Assembly (NCBI GenBank): GCA_965214605.1
Contig: OZ243961.1
Span: 1,024,001 to 1,088,000 of the forward strand
Length of the DNA stretch: 64,000 nt
Direction of reading: 5' to 3'
From: an uncultured Candidatus Binatia bacterium
GTDB taxonomy: Bacteria > Desulfobacterota > Binatia > Bin18
The notes under the pieces are model-generated. The model had not been told where the DNA came from. It saw only the letters and a program-made list of their open reading frames with translations, and did no database searches. The translations under genes were made by a program, and so were the position numbers. Every line of letters starts with the position of its first letter. Position 1 is the stretch's first letter. Below, one piece after another: positions 29,132 to 39,414 of the stretch.

Positions 29132-30085
29132 TCAGCCGTTTTTCGCCGGGAGCAAACGGGTCGGCCACAGGGGTAGACCCGATCCCAGCAGAGCAATGAA
29201 CCCAGCGAGAATAACGGGCAGGAGTTGGGCTAGGTGGGCAATAATGGAGAAGCTCAGCGCCTCTTCTCGTGGAACAGAAAACAATGATAGGGCAAGTATG
29301 ACCGCATACTGAAAGGTGCCGATAAAGCCCGGTGCAGCCGGTAACATTACCCCAACCGCGACCACCAGCATCATGACCAAGCCGGCCTCAAGGGGCAGGT
29401 CCATCCCACACGCTCGCAACAACAGCCAGTAGTAGCCAGCAACGCTCAGCCACATCGCCAGGGACAGGGCGACAATATGAACAATCAGCGAAAGATTCTG
29501 TAAAGCGCGCAGCCCATCGACACAGTGCCGCACCAGGTCGGCCACCCGCTCGGGCAGCCAGGCCAGCGGGAGGCTGCCAGCGTGCCGGACTCCCCACCAG
29601 CCTGCGACCAGACAGCCGACGCCTAGGGCCAGCATGAGCGTATTGGCCCAAACCAGCCCTCCCGGTAGCGGAAAACGGGGTATGACCCATACCAACAGGA
29701 ACGTGATCACAAAAAGATCCCAGACACGCTCCAGGACAGCAGTGGCCAAAGCAGTGCTGAGCCGTACCGGGGTGAGGCGAGACAGGGCATAGCCGCGGAT
29801 AATCTCGCCGAGACGTAAGGGCAACACATTGTTGGCCATAAAGCCAATCAGCGTGGCCGACAAGAAAGGGCGGATCGGCAAGGGCTCCAACGGATCGACG
29901 AAGCGCTGCCAGCGATAGGCCCGTAACACAAAAAATAGGCTGTACCAGACGGTCGGCACCAGCAGGGCGAGCGGATTGACACGCCCCATCACTACTAGGA
30001 CGGTGGACCACTCTACCCCCCGAACGGCAGCATAGCCACACATGAGGCTGAGGACGAGACCGACAAAAATCTTGGGAGCTTTCAC
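29132..30085 (-). CDS. Lysylphosphatidylglycerol-synthase TM / flippase-like membrane protein
   Basis: RAYRWQ, GFMANNVLPLRLGE, ERVWD, PAAPGFIGTF. Confidence 0.85.
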   Translation of the reverse strand: MKAPKIFVGLVLSLMCGYAAVRGVEWSTVLVVMGRVNPLALLVPTVWYSLFFVLRAYRWQRFVDPLEPLPIRPFLSATLIGFMANNVLPLRLGEIIRGYALSRLTPVRLSTALATAVLERVWDLFVITFLLVWVIPRFPLPGGLVWANTLMLALGVGCLVAGWWGVRHAGSLPLAWLPERVADLVRHCVDGLRALQNLSLIVHIVALSLAMWLSVAGYYWLLLRACGMDLPLEAGLVMMLVVAVGVMLPAAPGFIGTFQYAVILALSLFSVPREEALSFSIIAHLAQLLPVILAGFIALLGSGLPLWPTRLLPAKNG

Positions 30086-30109
30086 CGGAATCCTAGACGC
30101 CGAACAGGC

Positions 30110-31060
30110 TCAACGCAGCCTGCCCTCAACAAACGGCACTTCGTAGACCTTGTCGTGTTGAATAGGGCCGTGCCCGAAGTAGCCAGCCTCGCCAAACAGC
30201 TCCCCGTGGTCAGCAGTAATGGTGATGTAAGTGTTGGGCGGGACCATGTCAAACAGCTGTGTGAAGACTCCGTCAAGGTATCGTACGGCCTCAATCTGCC
30301 GCCCCCGCAGCTGATCGAGCTTATCCTGATTAAAAAATTGCGCTCCGCCTTCCTCTTCGCGTAACTTGCCGCCGACCAACATTTGATCAAGATGCTTAAA
30401 AACCCCATGTACCCCATGAATCCTCGGCCAGCGGTCCTCGGGTTCGTCCGGTAAGGCGTACGGATAATGGGTTTCGCCGACATTTAACAGGTAAAACGAC
30501 GGGCGCTCAGTAGAAAATTTCATCCGCTCAAGCATAGCAACCATATCGTTGTGTTTGGGCATGAGGGTAAAAGAATCAAAATCGCGATTAATCGGCGTGG
30601 CCGGATTCAGAACCGGCAGTGAGACCAGGGCGTGGGTCTGATAGCCGAGTTTGTGTTTGAGAAAGCTGGGCAGAAAGAGGTCTGGGATCAGACTTTTAAA
30701 GGCGATCTCACGCGTGCCTAAGCGATCATTATATTTCAGAAAATCCTGTTTATAGTACTCCGAAGCGTACACCTGCGGCGGACTCGAATGGGGCAATAAC
30801 CCCATCAGCAAGTTATAGTGCGACGGCGCGGTCCACGACGCGTAGCTCCAGCGGCGTTCCACCGGCCCGAGACGACGCAGCACTTTGGGCGCTGCGGTCA
30901 TGAGCACGTCGTAGCGACAGCTGTCAAGGATAACAACGATATAGTTGTTGCGGGCCGCAGGAGGAGAGAGACGCGGCTCTTCTTCCTGGAGCGAGGATGC
31001 GACTGGAGCAGACGCGAGCGGGGCGGGGCTTTTTCTCAGGCGTTCAAAGAGTTTTTTCAT
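30110..31060 (-). CDS. Alkaline-phosphatase superfamily / sulfatase-like metalloenzyme
   Basis: ILDSCRYD, SWTAPSH, ETHYPY, TADHGELFGE..FGHG, VPF. Confidence 0.8.
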   Translation of the reverse strand: MKKLFERLRKSPAPLASAPVASSLQEEEPRLSPPAARNNYIVVILDSCRYDVLMTAAPKVLRRLGPVERRWSYASWTAPSHYNLLMGLLPHSSPPQVYASEYYKQDFLKYNDRLGTREIAFKSLIPDLFLPSFLKHKLGYQTHALVSLPVLNPATPINRDFDSFTLMPKHNDMVAMLERMKFSTERPSFYLLNVGETHYPYALPDEPEDRWPRIHGVHGVFKHLDQMLVGGKLREEEGGAQFFNQDKLDQLRGRQIEAVRYLDGVFTQLFDMVPPNTYITITADHGELFGEAGYFGHGPIQHDKVYEVPFVEGRLR

Positions 31061-31092
31061 TGTGTCTTCCGCCGGGTAGAGGTCAAGAAGAA

Positions 31093-31166
31093 CGCGCCCG
31101 GGGTGACTCGAACACCCAACCTACGGGTTCGAAGCCCGGCGCTCTATCCAATTGAGCTACGGGCGC
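31093..31166 (-). tRNA. tRNA-Arg(UCG), CCA not encoded
   Basis: Reverse complement folds as a cloverleaf: GCGCCCG TA GCTC AATTGGATA GAGC G CCGGG CT-TCG-AA CCCGT AGGTT GGGTG TTCGAGT CACCC CGGGCGC G. Confidence 0.95.
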
Positions 31167-31696
31167 GCACGGTAGGCAGTCTATCATTTTTTAGCCAGGC
31201 TCGGCCAGCACCGAGGCGCCAGGTCTCCAGCCCGGGTCTTTTTGTACGTAGCCTCTCCCTCGACGCGATAGTCAGCAAGCCCGCCCTCGTTGTTGGCATC
31301 ACAGCCTTGCGGAACGACATAAGGGATTGAGATGCGAAAGAGCTTGTGAACGACAAGAATTAAACTGGTCGGCCTGCGACTGAATCGGATCGTAGGGGCC
31401 GGGGTTTCTGCGGGAGACATCAATACCATGTGATCTGTGGAAGGGCTTCCTGCGTGGCATGGCCTCCATTCAACAAACCCCACGCCGATATCCCATCAAT
31501 CCCCTCAAGGGCGCCGAGTACAGCTATAGCAACGAATGGGCCTTCATACCCTGGGCACTGCTCGTCGATATGCAAGCCTCCCACCTCACCAACTTTTGCA
31601 GCCCCAGCCGTCCATGCCCCGCCTGTTGAGTGGCAAGCAAACGATATTGCAACGAGGATATGCTGAGCCAATCAATCTTTTCCCGTAACGATCTGA

Positions 31697-33163
31697 TCAG
31701 GAGCGGACGCGAGAACTAGGGTCAAGGGTCCAAGTCGTTCCGGTCGGAGAATCTTTGAGTACGATTCCTTGGGTCTGGAGCTGAGCGCGAATAGCATCGG
31801 CTTTTTGGAAGTCTTTCACTTTGCGGGCCGCCGTTCGGTCGGCGATCAGCTGCTCAATCGCCTGCGGGGTGAGACTGGTAGTGACGAATCCTTGATGTTG
31901 CACCCGCTGCAGAAATTTTTCGGGGGTCTCCTGCAACATCCCCAGCACCCCGCCGATTGTGGTGAGGTCTTGGCGGACTTGGGGCAGCGTGTTGAGCTGG
32001 CCAGCGTCAAGCCGGCGGTTGGCCTCCCGAATCGTCTCAAACACCACACCAAGTGCCCGAGGGGTATTACAGTCGTCATCCATGGCGTCCTGAAAGCGGC
32101 TCAGGACCGGAGAGTCTGTGGACCGGTCCACGGTTCGCTTGCGGACCGCCTGTTCCCGTTCAGCATTCGGCCCGAGTGCCCCGTCGATACGAGCTAAGGT
32201 TTGGTACACGCGGCGGAGACTCTTTGCGGCCTCCTCCATTTTTTGGTCTGAGAAGTCAAGCGGCATACGGTACTGGGTCGATAACAGCACCACCCGCAAC
32301 ACCTCGGCCGCCTGCGATTCCAGTACCTGGCGAATGGTCAGAAAATTTCCCAGCGATTTCGACATCTTTTCGTGCTCAACGGTAACCATACCGTTGTGCA
32401 GCCAATAGCGCGCAAAGGGACGGTCTTTTGCGCCCTCGGATTGAGCAATCTCGTTCTCGTGGTGCGGAAAGATGAGATCCGCCCCACCGCCATGAATATC
32501 AAACGGCTGGCCCAGATAGCGACTACTCATGGCCGAACATTCAAGATGCCAGCCGGGCCGCCCTTTACCCCAGGGGCTGTCCCATTCTGGTTCGCCAGGC
32601 TTGCTCGCCTTCCACAGGGCAAAATCCAGGGCGTGCCGTTTGCGCTCATCGACCTCAATTCGGGCACCGGCCAGCATATCGCCGAGCCGGCGATGCGAGA
32701 GCTTGCCATAGGCGGCAAAGCGAGCAACCGCATAATACACATCGCCCCCAACCGCATAGGCCAGACCCTTGTTTTCTAAGTCTTGAATCAAACCGATCAT
32801 GTCGGCAATATGCCGCGTGGCCCGGGGCTCCACGGTCGGAGACAAACAGCCCAGAGCCCGCATATCCTCCCCAAACTCACGAATATAGGCTTCGGAGAGC
32901 TCCTGAGCCGAGATCCCACGCTCGTTGGCCCGGTTGATGATTTTGTCGTCAACATCGGTAAAGTTGCGCACAAAGCTGACGTTGTAGTCGAGAAAGCGCA
33001 GATAGCGGTAGATGACATCAAAGGCCACCAGCGCACGAGCATGTCCAATGTGTGAGCGGTCGTAGACCGTCACTCCGCACACATACATCCCGACTTTGCC
33101 GGGGGTCAGGGGAATGAACTCCTCGTCTCTGCCGGTGAGGGTGTTATGCAAACGAAGTGCCAT
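31697..33163 (-). CDS. cysS: Cysteine--tRNA ligase
   Basis: MYVCGVTVYD, HIGH, DFALWK, GRPGWHLECSAM, KMSKSLGN. Confidence 0.97.
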   Translation of the reverse strand: MALRLHNTLTGRDEEFIPLTPGKVGMYVCGVTVYDRSHIGHARALVAFDVIYRYLRFLDYNVSFVRNFTDVDDKIINRANERGISAQELSEAYIREFGEDMRALGCLSPTVEPRATRHIADMIGLIQDLENKGLAYAVGGDVYYAVARFAAYGKLSHRRLGDMLAGARIEVDERKRHALDFALWKASKPGEPEWDSPWGKGRPGWHLECSAMSSRYLGQPFDIHGGGADLIFPHHENEIAQSEGAKDRPFARYWLHNGMVTVEHEKMSKSLGNFLTIRQVLESQAAEVLRVVLLSTQYRMPLDFSDQKMEEAAKSLRRVYQTLARIDGALGPNAEREQAVRKRTVDRSTDSPVLSRFQDAMDDDCNTPRALGVVFETIREANRRLDAGQLNTLPQVRQDLTTIGGVLGMLQETPEKFLQRVQHQGFVTTSLTPQAIEQLIADRTAARKVKDFQKADAIRAQLQTQGIVLKDSPTGTTWTLDPSSRVRS

Positions 33164-33210
33164 GCTGATATAGCTCGGCGAGCGGGGAAATCCGCTCTGT
33201 CTAGGTGTTC

Positions 33211-35163
33211 CTACTGTCTGCCCACCACTAACTGATCGACCACCGACGGATCAGCCAGAGTGGAGGTATCCCCCAGTTGATCAATAGCCCCTTCCCCGAT
33301 CTTGCGCAGAATACGGCGCATAATCTTGCCGCTGCGCGTTTTGGGCAAGCTCTCGGCAAACTGGAGCTTGTCTGGACTGGCGTGAGGACCGATCTCTCGA
33401 CGGACGGTAGCAATCAGCTCTTTTGTCATGTCCGGGGAGGACTGCTGGCCGGTTTTGAGAGTCACAAAGGCATAGATGCCCTGGCCTTTCAGTTCATGGG
33501 GCATGCCAACCACCGCAGCCTCAGCCACAGCCGGATGTTTGCCCAGCGCACCTTCGACCTCAGCGGTCCCTAAACGGTGGCCTGATACATTGATTACATC
33601 GTCAACCCGGCCGGTAATCCAATAATCGCCGTCCTCGTCCCGGCGGCAGCCATCGCCGGTAAAGTATTTGCCTGGATACATGGAGAAATACGTTTGGCGA
33701 AACCGCTCATGATCACCGTATACCGTCCGCATAATGCCCGGCCAGGGAAACTTGAGGCAGAGATTGCCAGACACGCCGTTGCCCTCAAGCTCGTTGCCCT
33801 GATCATCGACCAGGCAGGGTTGAGCGCCAAAAAACGGCCGGGTGGCCGAGCCGGGTTTGGTCTTCGTCGCTCCGGGCAGGGGCGTGATCAGAATGCCGCC
33901 GGTTTCCGTCTGCCACCAGGTATCGACAATCGGGCAGCGCTCCTTGCCGATGGTCCGATAATACCAGTGCCACTCAGGACTTTTAATCGGTTCACCAACC
34001 GTGCCCAGGATACGTAAGCTGGACAGATCGTATGTTTCCGGCCAGCTATCGCCCTCTTTCATCAGTGCCCGCAGGGCGGTTGGGGCAGTATAAAAAATAT
34101 TGACCTTATGCTGCTCTACGATTTGCCAAAAGCGTCCAAAATCCGGATAGTTGGGCACCCCCTCAAACATGATCGTCGTGGCCCGATTGCTGAGCGGCCC
34201 ATAGACAATATAACTATGGCCGGTGACCCAGCCGATATCCGCGGTACACCAGTAGGTGTCGCCGGGACGGTAATCAAACACATATTTATGTGTAATCGAG
34301 GCGTAGACCAAATATCCCCCAGTGGTGTGTAATACCCCTTTGGGTTTGCCGGTCGAGCCGGAGGTATAAAGGATAAACAGCGGATCTTCAGCGTCCATGT
34401 GTTCGGGCAGACAATCCGTGGACTGCTCGGCCACCAACTCGTGCCACCACATGTCGCGTTCGGTCTGCATGGCCACCGGATGGCCGGTCCGTTGCACGAC
34501 CACAACTTTTTCAATCGAGGGGCAGTTGGCGACCGCTTCGTCAGCGTTGGCCTTCATCGGAATATCGTTCTTGGCCCCGCGTAAGCCGGTATCTTGGGTA
34601 ATCAAGATCTTACAGCTCGAGTCTTGGATACGATCCCGCAAAGCGTCCGGTGAAAAGGCGCCAAAAACGACCGAGTGTACCGCGCCGATACGGGTACAGG
34701 CCAACATGGCGACAGTCAGCTCGGGGATCATCTGCATATAAATACAAACACGGTCGCCTTTGTCGACTCCCAGGGTTTTCAGGGCATTGGCCAACTGACA
34801 TACCTGGTTTAGCAGTTCGGTATAGCTTAGCTGGCGCGATTCCGAAGCGTCATTGCCTTGCCAGATCAGCGCCGTCTGGCCACCGGCTCCGGCTTTGACG
34901 TGCCGGTCGAGGCAGTTGTAGGAGACATTCAGTTTTCCGCCCAGAAACCACTTGGTCTGGGCCGTATAAAAATCCCATTCCAGAACAGTGTCCCACTTTT
35001 TGAACCAGCTAACAAAGGTTTCCGCCTGTTCAGCCCAGAACCCCTCCGGGTCTTGTATCGAGCGTTGATACATCTGCTCGTAGGTGTCCGGGTCGATGGC
35101 AGCCTGTCCCTTAACCGCGGCAGGAATATCATAGATCCGTTCGCCGCTCTCGTATTCTGCCAT
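33211..35163 (-). CDS. acs: Acetyl-CoA synthetase
   Basis: [53 protein letters not shown]. Confidence 0.97.
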   Translation of the reverse strand: MAEYESGERIYDIPAAVKGQAAIDPDTYEQMYQRSIQDPEGFWAEQAETFVSWFKKWDTVLEWDFYTAQTKWFLGGKLNVSYNCLDRHVKAGAGGQTALIWQGNDASESRQLSYTELLNQVCQLANALKTLGVDKGDRVCIYMQMIPELTVAMLACTRIGAVHSVVFGAFSPDALRDRIQDSSCKILITQDTGLRGAKNDIPMKANADEAVANCPSIEKVVVVQRTGHPVAMQTERDMWWHELVAEQSTDCLPEHMDAEDPLFILYTSGSTGKPKGVLHTTGGYLVYASITHKYVFDYRPGDTYWCTADIGWVTGHSYIVYGPLSNRATTIMFEGVPNYPDFGRFWQIVEQHKVNIFYTAPTALRALMKEGDSWPETYDLSSLRILGTVGEPIKSPEWHWYYRTIGKERCPIVDTWWQTETGGILITPLPGATKTKPGSATRPFFGAQPCLVDDQGNELEGNGVSGNLCLKFPWPGIMRTVYGDHERFRQTYFSMYPGKYFTGDGCRRDEDGDYWITGRVDDVINVSGHRLGTAEVEGALGKHPAVAEAAVVGMPHELKGQGIYAFVTLKTGQQSSPDMTKELIATVRREIGPHASPDKLQFAESLPKTRSGKIMRRILRKIGEGAIDQLGDTSTLADPSVVDQLVVGRQ

Positions 35164-35217
35164 ATCCCCCTCCTTAGTGTTCGGATGTATTTAGGAAACT
35201 CAACAAGGCTGCTGAGC

Positions 35218-36348
35218 CTACTCTTTACGGCCGATCGCCTCCATAAAACGCTCTTGGACAACCCCACAGGCCATGTTGTACAAGCCGTCGCGGTCGGCCG
35301 TTTGGGCCAGAAAGCCGAGGGGAATTTGGAACCCGCCTTTATCTCTGATATTCCCTCCACCATAGTAGCTCTTCTTATGCTCGTCCACGCCAAAGGCTTT
35401 CTTTAAGAACGTATCTGGGGTGATCGTATCGCTACGGGTACGCAGCGATCCGTCGACCGTTTTGCCATCAACAATACCAAAGACCAAGACTGTGTCGGTG
35501 CCATCGCGTTGCAGCAAAAATTCTGCTGCCTGCGGAATCCCGTCACGGTGCTCAGGACGTACGAAGCCCACATCCGTTAGGATCAGACTGTCAAAAACCT
35601 GCTTATTCTCCAGCGCCTTTTGGATCATATCCATCACCACCGGGGCTAAGGACCGGTCAGAAATCTTTTTGAGCAGAGCCTGATCGACACACGGCCACAG
35701 ATAGGCCGCGGCTTCAAACTCCAGACGCGTCGCCTCAAGCAGGGCCATGGTATCGGTTCGGATCCCGTGCATCAGGGCCGTGGCCAAACGGGTTTGATCC
35801 ATCTCATTCGGATTGAGGCCGTTCGGATACTGAGTGCGCAGGTATTCAACATAAATGGCGCAGGTCGAGCCCACATCCTCACGGACGTCGACAAAATCGG
35901 CCGAGACGTCGCCGAGTCGCTTATGATGGTCAACAAAGGACACGAAGGTTTTGCCAGTCAGGCGCTCTGAAATCGGCGTGTCCGTCTTTTGAGTATCGAC
36001 GAAAGCGTACAAATCGTAGGGTTCCAGATCAAACGTCTCATCGTACAAGACGAGATTGATTGCTAAGCGTTTGACCAGCGCCCGGTTTTCTTGGTGGCTG
36101 ACCTCGTGAAAACACAGCAGGGTGGTCTCAATCTCAAACTCGTTGGCCAGAAACTGATGGGCTACACCCGAGGCGATACTGTCAGGGTCGGGGTAACCGG
36201 TCAGGATCAAAAGCAGCTTACCGCCCTGGTGGCGACTTAAGATGGTACGGAACTGGGCCCATTTTGTACTGCCCGTCTCTCGCGGATCTATGATTCGCAA
36301 CGGGGGCTCTTCTAGGGGGGGTCTCACCGTTTTGGCTATATTGGCCAT
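35218..36348 (-). CDS. DHH-family phosphoesterase (NrnA-like)
   Basis: PDPDSIAS, VDT, DHH, GIRTDT, C-terminal GGG; AGGAG RBS. Confidence 0.85.
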   Translation of the reverse strand: MANIAKTVRPPLEEPPLRIIDPRETGSTKWAQFRTILSRHQGGKLLLILTGYPDPDSIASGVAHQFLANEFEIETTLLCFHEVSHQENRALVKRLAINLVLYDETFDLEPYDLYAFVDTQKTDTPISERLTGKTFVSFVDHHKRLGDVSADFVDVREDVGSTCAIYVEYLRTQYPNGLNPNEMDQTRLATALMHGIRTDTMALLEATRLEFEAAAYLWPCVDQALLKKISDRSLAPVVMDMIQKALENKQVFDSLILTDVGFVRPEHRDGIPQAAEFLLQRDGTDTVLVFGIVDGKTVDGSLRTRSDTITPDTFLKKAFGVDEHKKSYYGGGNIRDKGGFQIPLGFLAQTADRDGLYNMACGVVQERFMEAIGRKE

Positions 36349-36585
36349 AACACTCCTCCTCGGTAGTCTAGACCAACCGGACAAAATCAGCTGTCCTGTT
36401 AGCGCGCTTTGATAAGATATTCAAGCTACTCCTTGGCCACCGCTCTCGACAAGTGGCGTCTGGGCCGGCCCGCGAGTCGCTCCCTTGAGGAAAAGCAGGG
36501 CGTGTGCTAGGGGTTTCGCCGCTGCATACGGTCTGCCCCGCTCTCTGGCTGATCGATGGATAACAGCGACAGATAAGGAGCCTGG

Positions 36586-37359
36586 ATGTTCACCCCTATG
36601 GTGCGTGCCTGTGGACGTCTCTCACTGGAAACACTGCGTGAAATGGGCCGCATGGGTCTCTTTCTGAGTACCGCTCTAGGCCTTCTTTTTCTCCCTCCGT
36701 TGCGGATCAAGCAGCTGCTCCGCCGGCTCTATTTTATTGGTGCCCGCTCTCTGTTGCTGATTATTTTCACCGGCGCATTCACCGGCATGGTGATTGCCCT
36801 ACAGGGCTACATCGCGCTCCGTCGGTTTGGTGGCGAGGCCGCGCTCGGCCCGATGGTCGGCCTCGCACTGATTCTTGAACTTGGTCCGGTCCTGTCGTCT
36901 TTGATGATTACCGCACGAGCCGGCTCAGCCCTCACCGCTGAACTGGGCATTATGCGTATTACCGAACAAATTGACGCGCTTGAGGTAATGGCCATTCACC
37001 CCATTAAGTATCTGGTCGTTCCTATTCTTTTGGCCTCTCTGATCGCCTTTCCCGTGCTGAGCAGCATCTTTACCGTGGTGGGGATCTATGGCGGCTATGT
37101 GGTCGGCGTACAGCTGCTGGGGGTCAGCGTCGGTAGCTATTTCTCGCAGATGGCCAGCGCGGTAACCTCGCACGACGTATGGACCGGGATATATAAATCG
37201 TTCTCATTTGGGGCTATTGTGGCCTGGGTGTGCTGCTTCAAGGGATTTTATGCCGCACGCGGGGCTGAGGGAGTGAGTCTAGCCACGACCCAGGCCGTGG
37301 TGATGTGTTCTGTGCTCATCCTGGTCTGGGACTATCTTCTCGGCTCCCTGCTGTTTTGA
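36586..37359 (+). CDS. mlaE: MlaE permease
   Basis: ELGPVL...RAGSALTAELGIMRITEQIDALEVM, GAEGVS. Confidence 0.93.
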   Translation: MFTPMVRACGRLSLETLREMGRMGLFLSTALGLLFLPPLRIKQLLRRLYFIGARSLLLIIFTGAFTGMVIALQGYIALRRFGGEAALGPMVGLALILELGPVLSSLMITARAGSALTAELGIMRITEQIDALEVMAIHPIKYLVVPILLASLIAFPVLSSIFTVVGIYGGYVVGVQLLGVSVGSYFSQMASAVTSHDVWTGIYKSFSFGAIVAWVCCFKGFYAARGAEGVSLATTQAVVMCSVLILVWDYLLGSLLF

Positions 37360-37378
37360 GCTGAGACACGCCTCCGCT

Positions 37379-38125
37379 ATGATTCGGATTCACAACCTGC
37401 ATAAGTCATTCGGCTCGCAGCACGTCTTACGGGGGGTCAATCTTGAGATTCCGACCGGGACGATTTTTGTCGTCGTGGGGAGCAGTGGGACGGGCAAGAG
37501 CTGTTTACTCAAGCACATTATCGGCTTGCTGCGACCGGACAGCGGACAAGTGTGGGTCGACGATGTCGAGGTCAGCACCCTGCGCGGCTGGGCTCTGAAC
37601 CGAGTGCGGGACCGTTTTAGCATGTTGTTTCAGGGCGGTGCCCTGTTTGACTCGCTATCGGTGTACGACAATGTGGCTTTTCCGTTGCGCGAAAAAACGC
37701 GCCTGACAGAAGCAATGATTGGCGACAAGGTGCATCAGCGGCTAGCCCAGGTTGGCCTGTCAGGCGTGGATGCAAAATTTCCGTCCGAGCTCTCGGGTGG
37801 TATGCTCAAGCGGGCCGCACTGGCCCGGGCACTGGTGACCGATCCCGAAATCGTCCTGTTTGACGAGCCGACCACTGGCCTTGATCCCATTCGCGTGAAC
37901 ACCATCCACCAACTCATTCTTGACTTACACAGCTTGCTCAACTTTACTGCGGTTGTGGTCAGCCACGAGATCCCGGAGGTCTTTTCACTGGCCACACATA
38001 TCGCTATGTTGAATCAGGGCTATGTCGTGGCGGCGGGCACTCCTGAAGAGCTACAAGCCTCGACCAACCCGGTCGTCCAACAGTTTATCAACGGTCGCGT
38101 ACAGGGACCGATTGAGGCAGAGTAG
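37379..38125 (+). CDS. mlaF: MlaF ABC ATPase
   Basis: GSSGTGKS, FQGGALFDS, LSGGM, DEPTTGLDP. Confidence 0.92.
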   Translation: MIRIHNLHKSFGSQHVLRGVNLEIPTGTIFVVVGSSGTGKSCLLKHIIGLLRPDSGQVWVDDVEVSTLRGWALNRVRDRFSMLFQGGALFDSLSVYDNVAFPLREKTRLTEAMIGDKVHQRLAQVGLSGVDAKFPSELSGGMLKRAALARALVTDPEIVLFDEPTTGLDPIRVNTIHQLILDLHSLLNFTAVVVSHEIPEVFSLATHIAMLNQGYVVAAGTPEELQASTNPVVQQFINGRVQGPIEAE

Positions 38126-38127
38126 CA

Positions 38128-38631
38128 ATGAATCTTGACGCCGAACTCCTGGTCGGGTGGCTAGTCGTGCTGGTAATAGGCGGTCTAGTCTATCTGTCTT
38201 TGCAGTTTGGCCAGGTCAGTTTTACCGGGACGCAGCACTACCGTGTCACGGCCGAGTTCTCCGACGCGGGCGGCTTGCAGAGCGGTGCGCGGGTCGAGGT
38301 GGCCGGAGTAAAAATCGGGCGGGTTGAGTCTGTAAATTTAACAGACACGCTGACAAAAGCCCGAGCAACGCTGCGCATCCAGCCAGATATTCGGCTGCCC
38401 CAGGACAGCCGAGCCGCGATTAAAACGGCTGGCCTGATCGGCGAGCGTTTTATTGACATTGAAATTGGACCGGCAGCCGAAATGCTCCATCCAGGTGGCC
38501 GGATTGAGCACACCGAGTCTCCGGTCGATATCCTTGATACCGTCGGCCAGGTCCTGTTTGGCAACCTCGACGCGACCGATCAGGCCGACAGCGCGGCGGC
38601 GGACGACATGTTTGATTTGAGTCTTGATTAA
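38128..38631 (+). CDS. mlaD: MlaD (single MCE domain)
   Basis: GGLQSGARVEVAGVKIGRV, GLIGERFI. Confidence 0.9.
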   Translation: MNLDAELLVGWLVVLVIGGLVYLSLQFGQVSFTGTQHYRVTAEFSDAGGLQSGARVEVAGVKIGRVESVNLTDTLTKARATLRIQPDIRLPQDSRAAIKTAGLIGERFIDIEIGPAAEMLHPGGRIEHTESPVDILDTVGQVLFGNLDATDQADSAAADDMFDLSLD

Positions 38632-38638
38632 GGAAAAA

Positions 38639-39409
38639 ATGCACCGTACCGTTATGCCTTACGCCAACAGTAACGCTATATTGAGGAGAGGTAGAGTGTC
38701 CGTCGCCTTCATCACCGTTACGTTCCTTATCGGGGTGTTGAGCTTTGGCCCTTCTGTGGCCTTTGCCCAAGCCCAAAATCCCTATGAAGCCCAGACACCC
38801 TACGACCCATGGGAGTCGTTTAACCAACCCCTGTTCACCTTCAACCTGAAGCTCGACGAATATGTCTTGCGACCGGTAGCGACCGGCTATCACGAAGTAG
38901 TTCCAGAGCCGGGCCAACGCGGTATTGATCGTTTCTTCAAAAATCTGGGTGTTCTGCCCCGTTTTATCAACAGTTTACTCCAGGGAAAAATCGGCGGGGC
39001 TAGCCGCGAAGTCGGTCGTTTCGCGGTCAATACAACTCTCGGTGGGATAGGCGTGTTTGATGTTGCCGACACTGTGTTTGGCTGGCGGGCGAGTGAGGAA
39101 GACTTCGGCCAGACGCTGGGCCACTATGGTGTTTCGTCCGGACCGTATCTGGTGTTGCCCTTCTACGGTCCTTCGACGGTTCGCGACGCCTTTGGTTTTG
39201 CCGTTGATAGCGCAATGAACCCGATGAACTATCTGCTGTCATTCCTGGAGGTTTTCGCCATCCAGAGTGGCCGGACCGTCGGCAACACAGTCAATTTTCG
39301 TTCACTCAACCTGGATCTCTTTGAACAGGCCGAGCTGGTCTCGGTTGATCTGTACGGGGCGGTTCAGGATGGCTACCTGCAGCGGCGGGCCAACGCGATC
39401 AAGGAATAA
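38639..39409 (+). CDS. mlaA: MlaA/VacJ family protein
   Basis: DPWESFN, RFAVNTTLGG, EDFGQTLG, GPYLVLPFYGPSTVRD. Confidence 0.92.
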   Translation: MHRTVMPYANSNAILRRGRVSVAFITVTFLIGVLSFGPSVAFAQAQNPYEAQTPYDPWESFNQPLFTFNLKLDEYVLRPVATGYHEVVPEPGQRGIDRFFKNLGVLPRFINSLLQGKIGGASREVGRFAVNTTLGGIGVFDVADTVFGWRASEEDFGQTLGHYGVSSGPYLVLPFYGPSTVRDAFGFAVDSAMNPMNYLLSFLEVFAIQSGRTVGNTVNFRSLNLDLFEQAELVSVDLYGAVQDGYLQRRANAIKE

Positions 39410-39414
39410 GAGAG

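Noticed and set aside
28690-29199. + strand ORF with an in-frame TGA (MKPRFASWFVLSSLFS*RAMHRR...) next to a selenodomain-associated GT, a possible selenoprotein
   Set aside because: The TGA is not in a redox (CxxU/UxxC) context, there is no evident SECIS hairpin, and the product is unrecognisable
22631-31101. 11-bp direct repeat AACGCGCCCGG at 22631 and at the tRNA-Arg 3' end (31091), a possible attL/attR pair
   Set aside because: Short GC-rich match that could arise by chance; the enclosed region includes housekeeping fbp and fbaB and has no integrase
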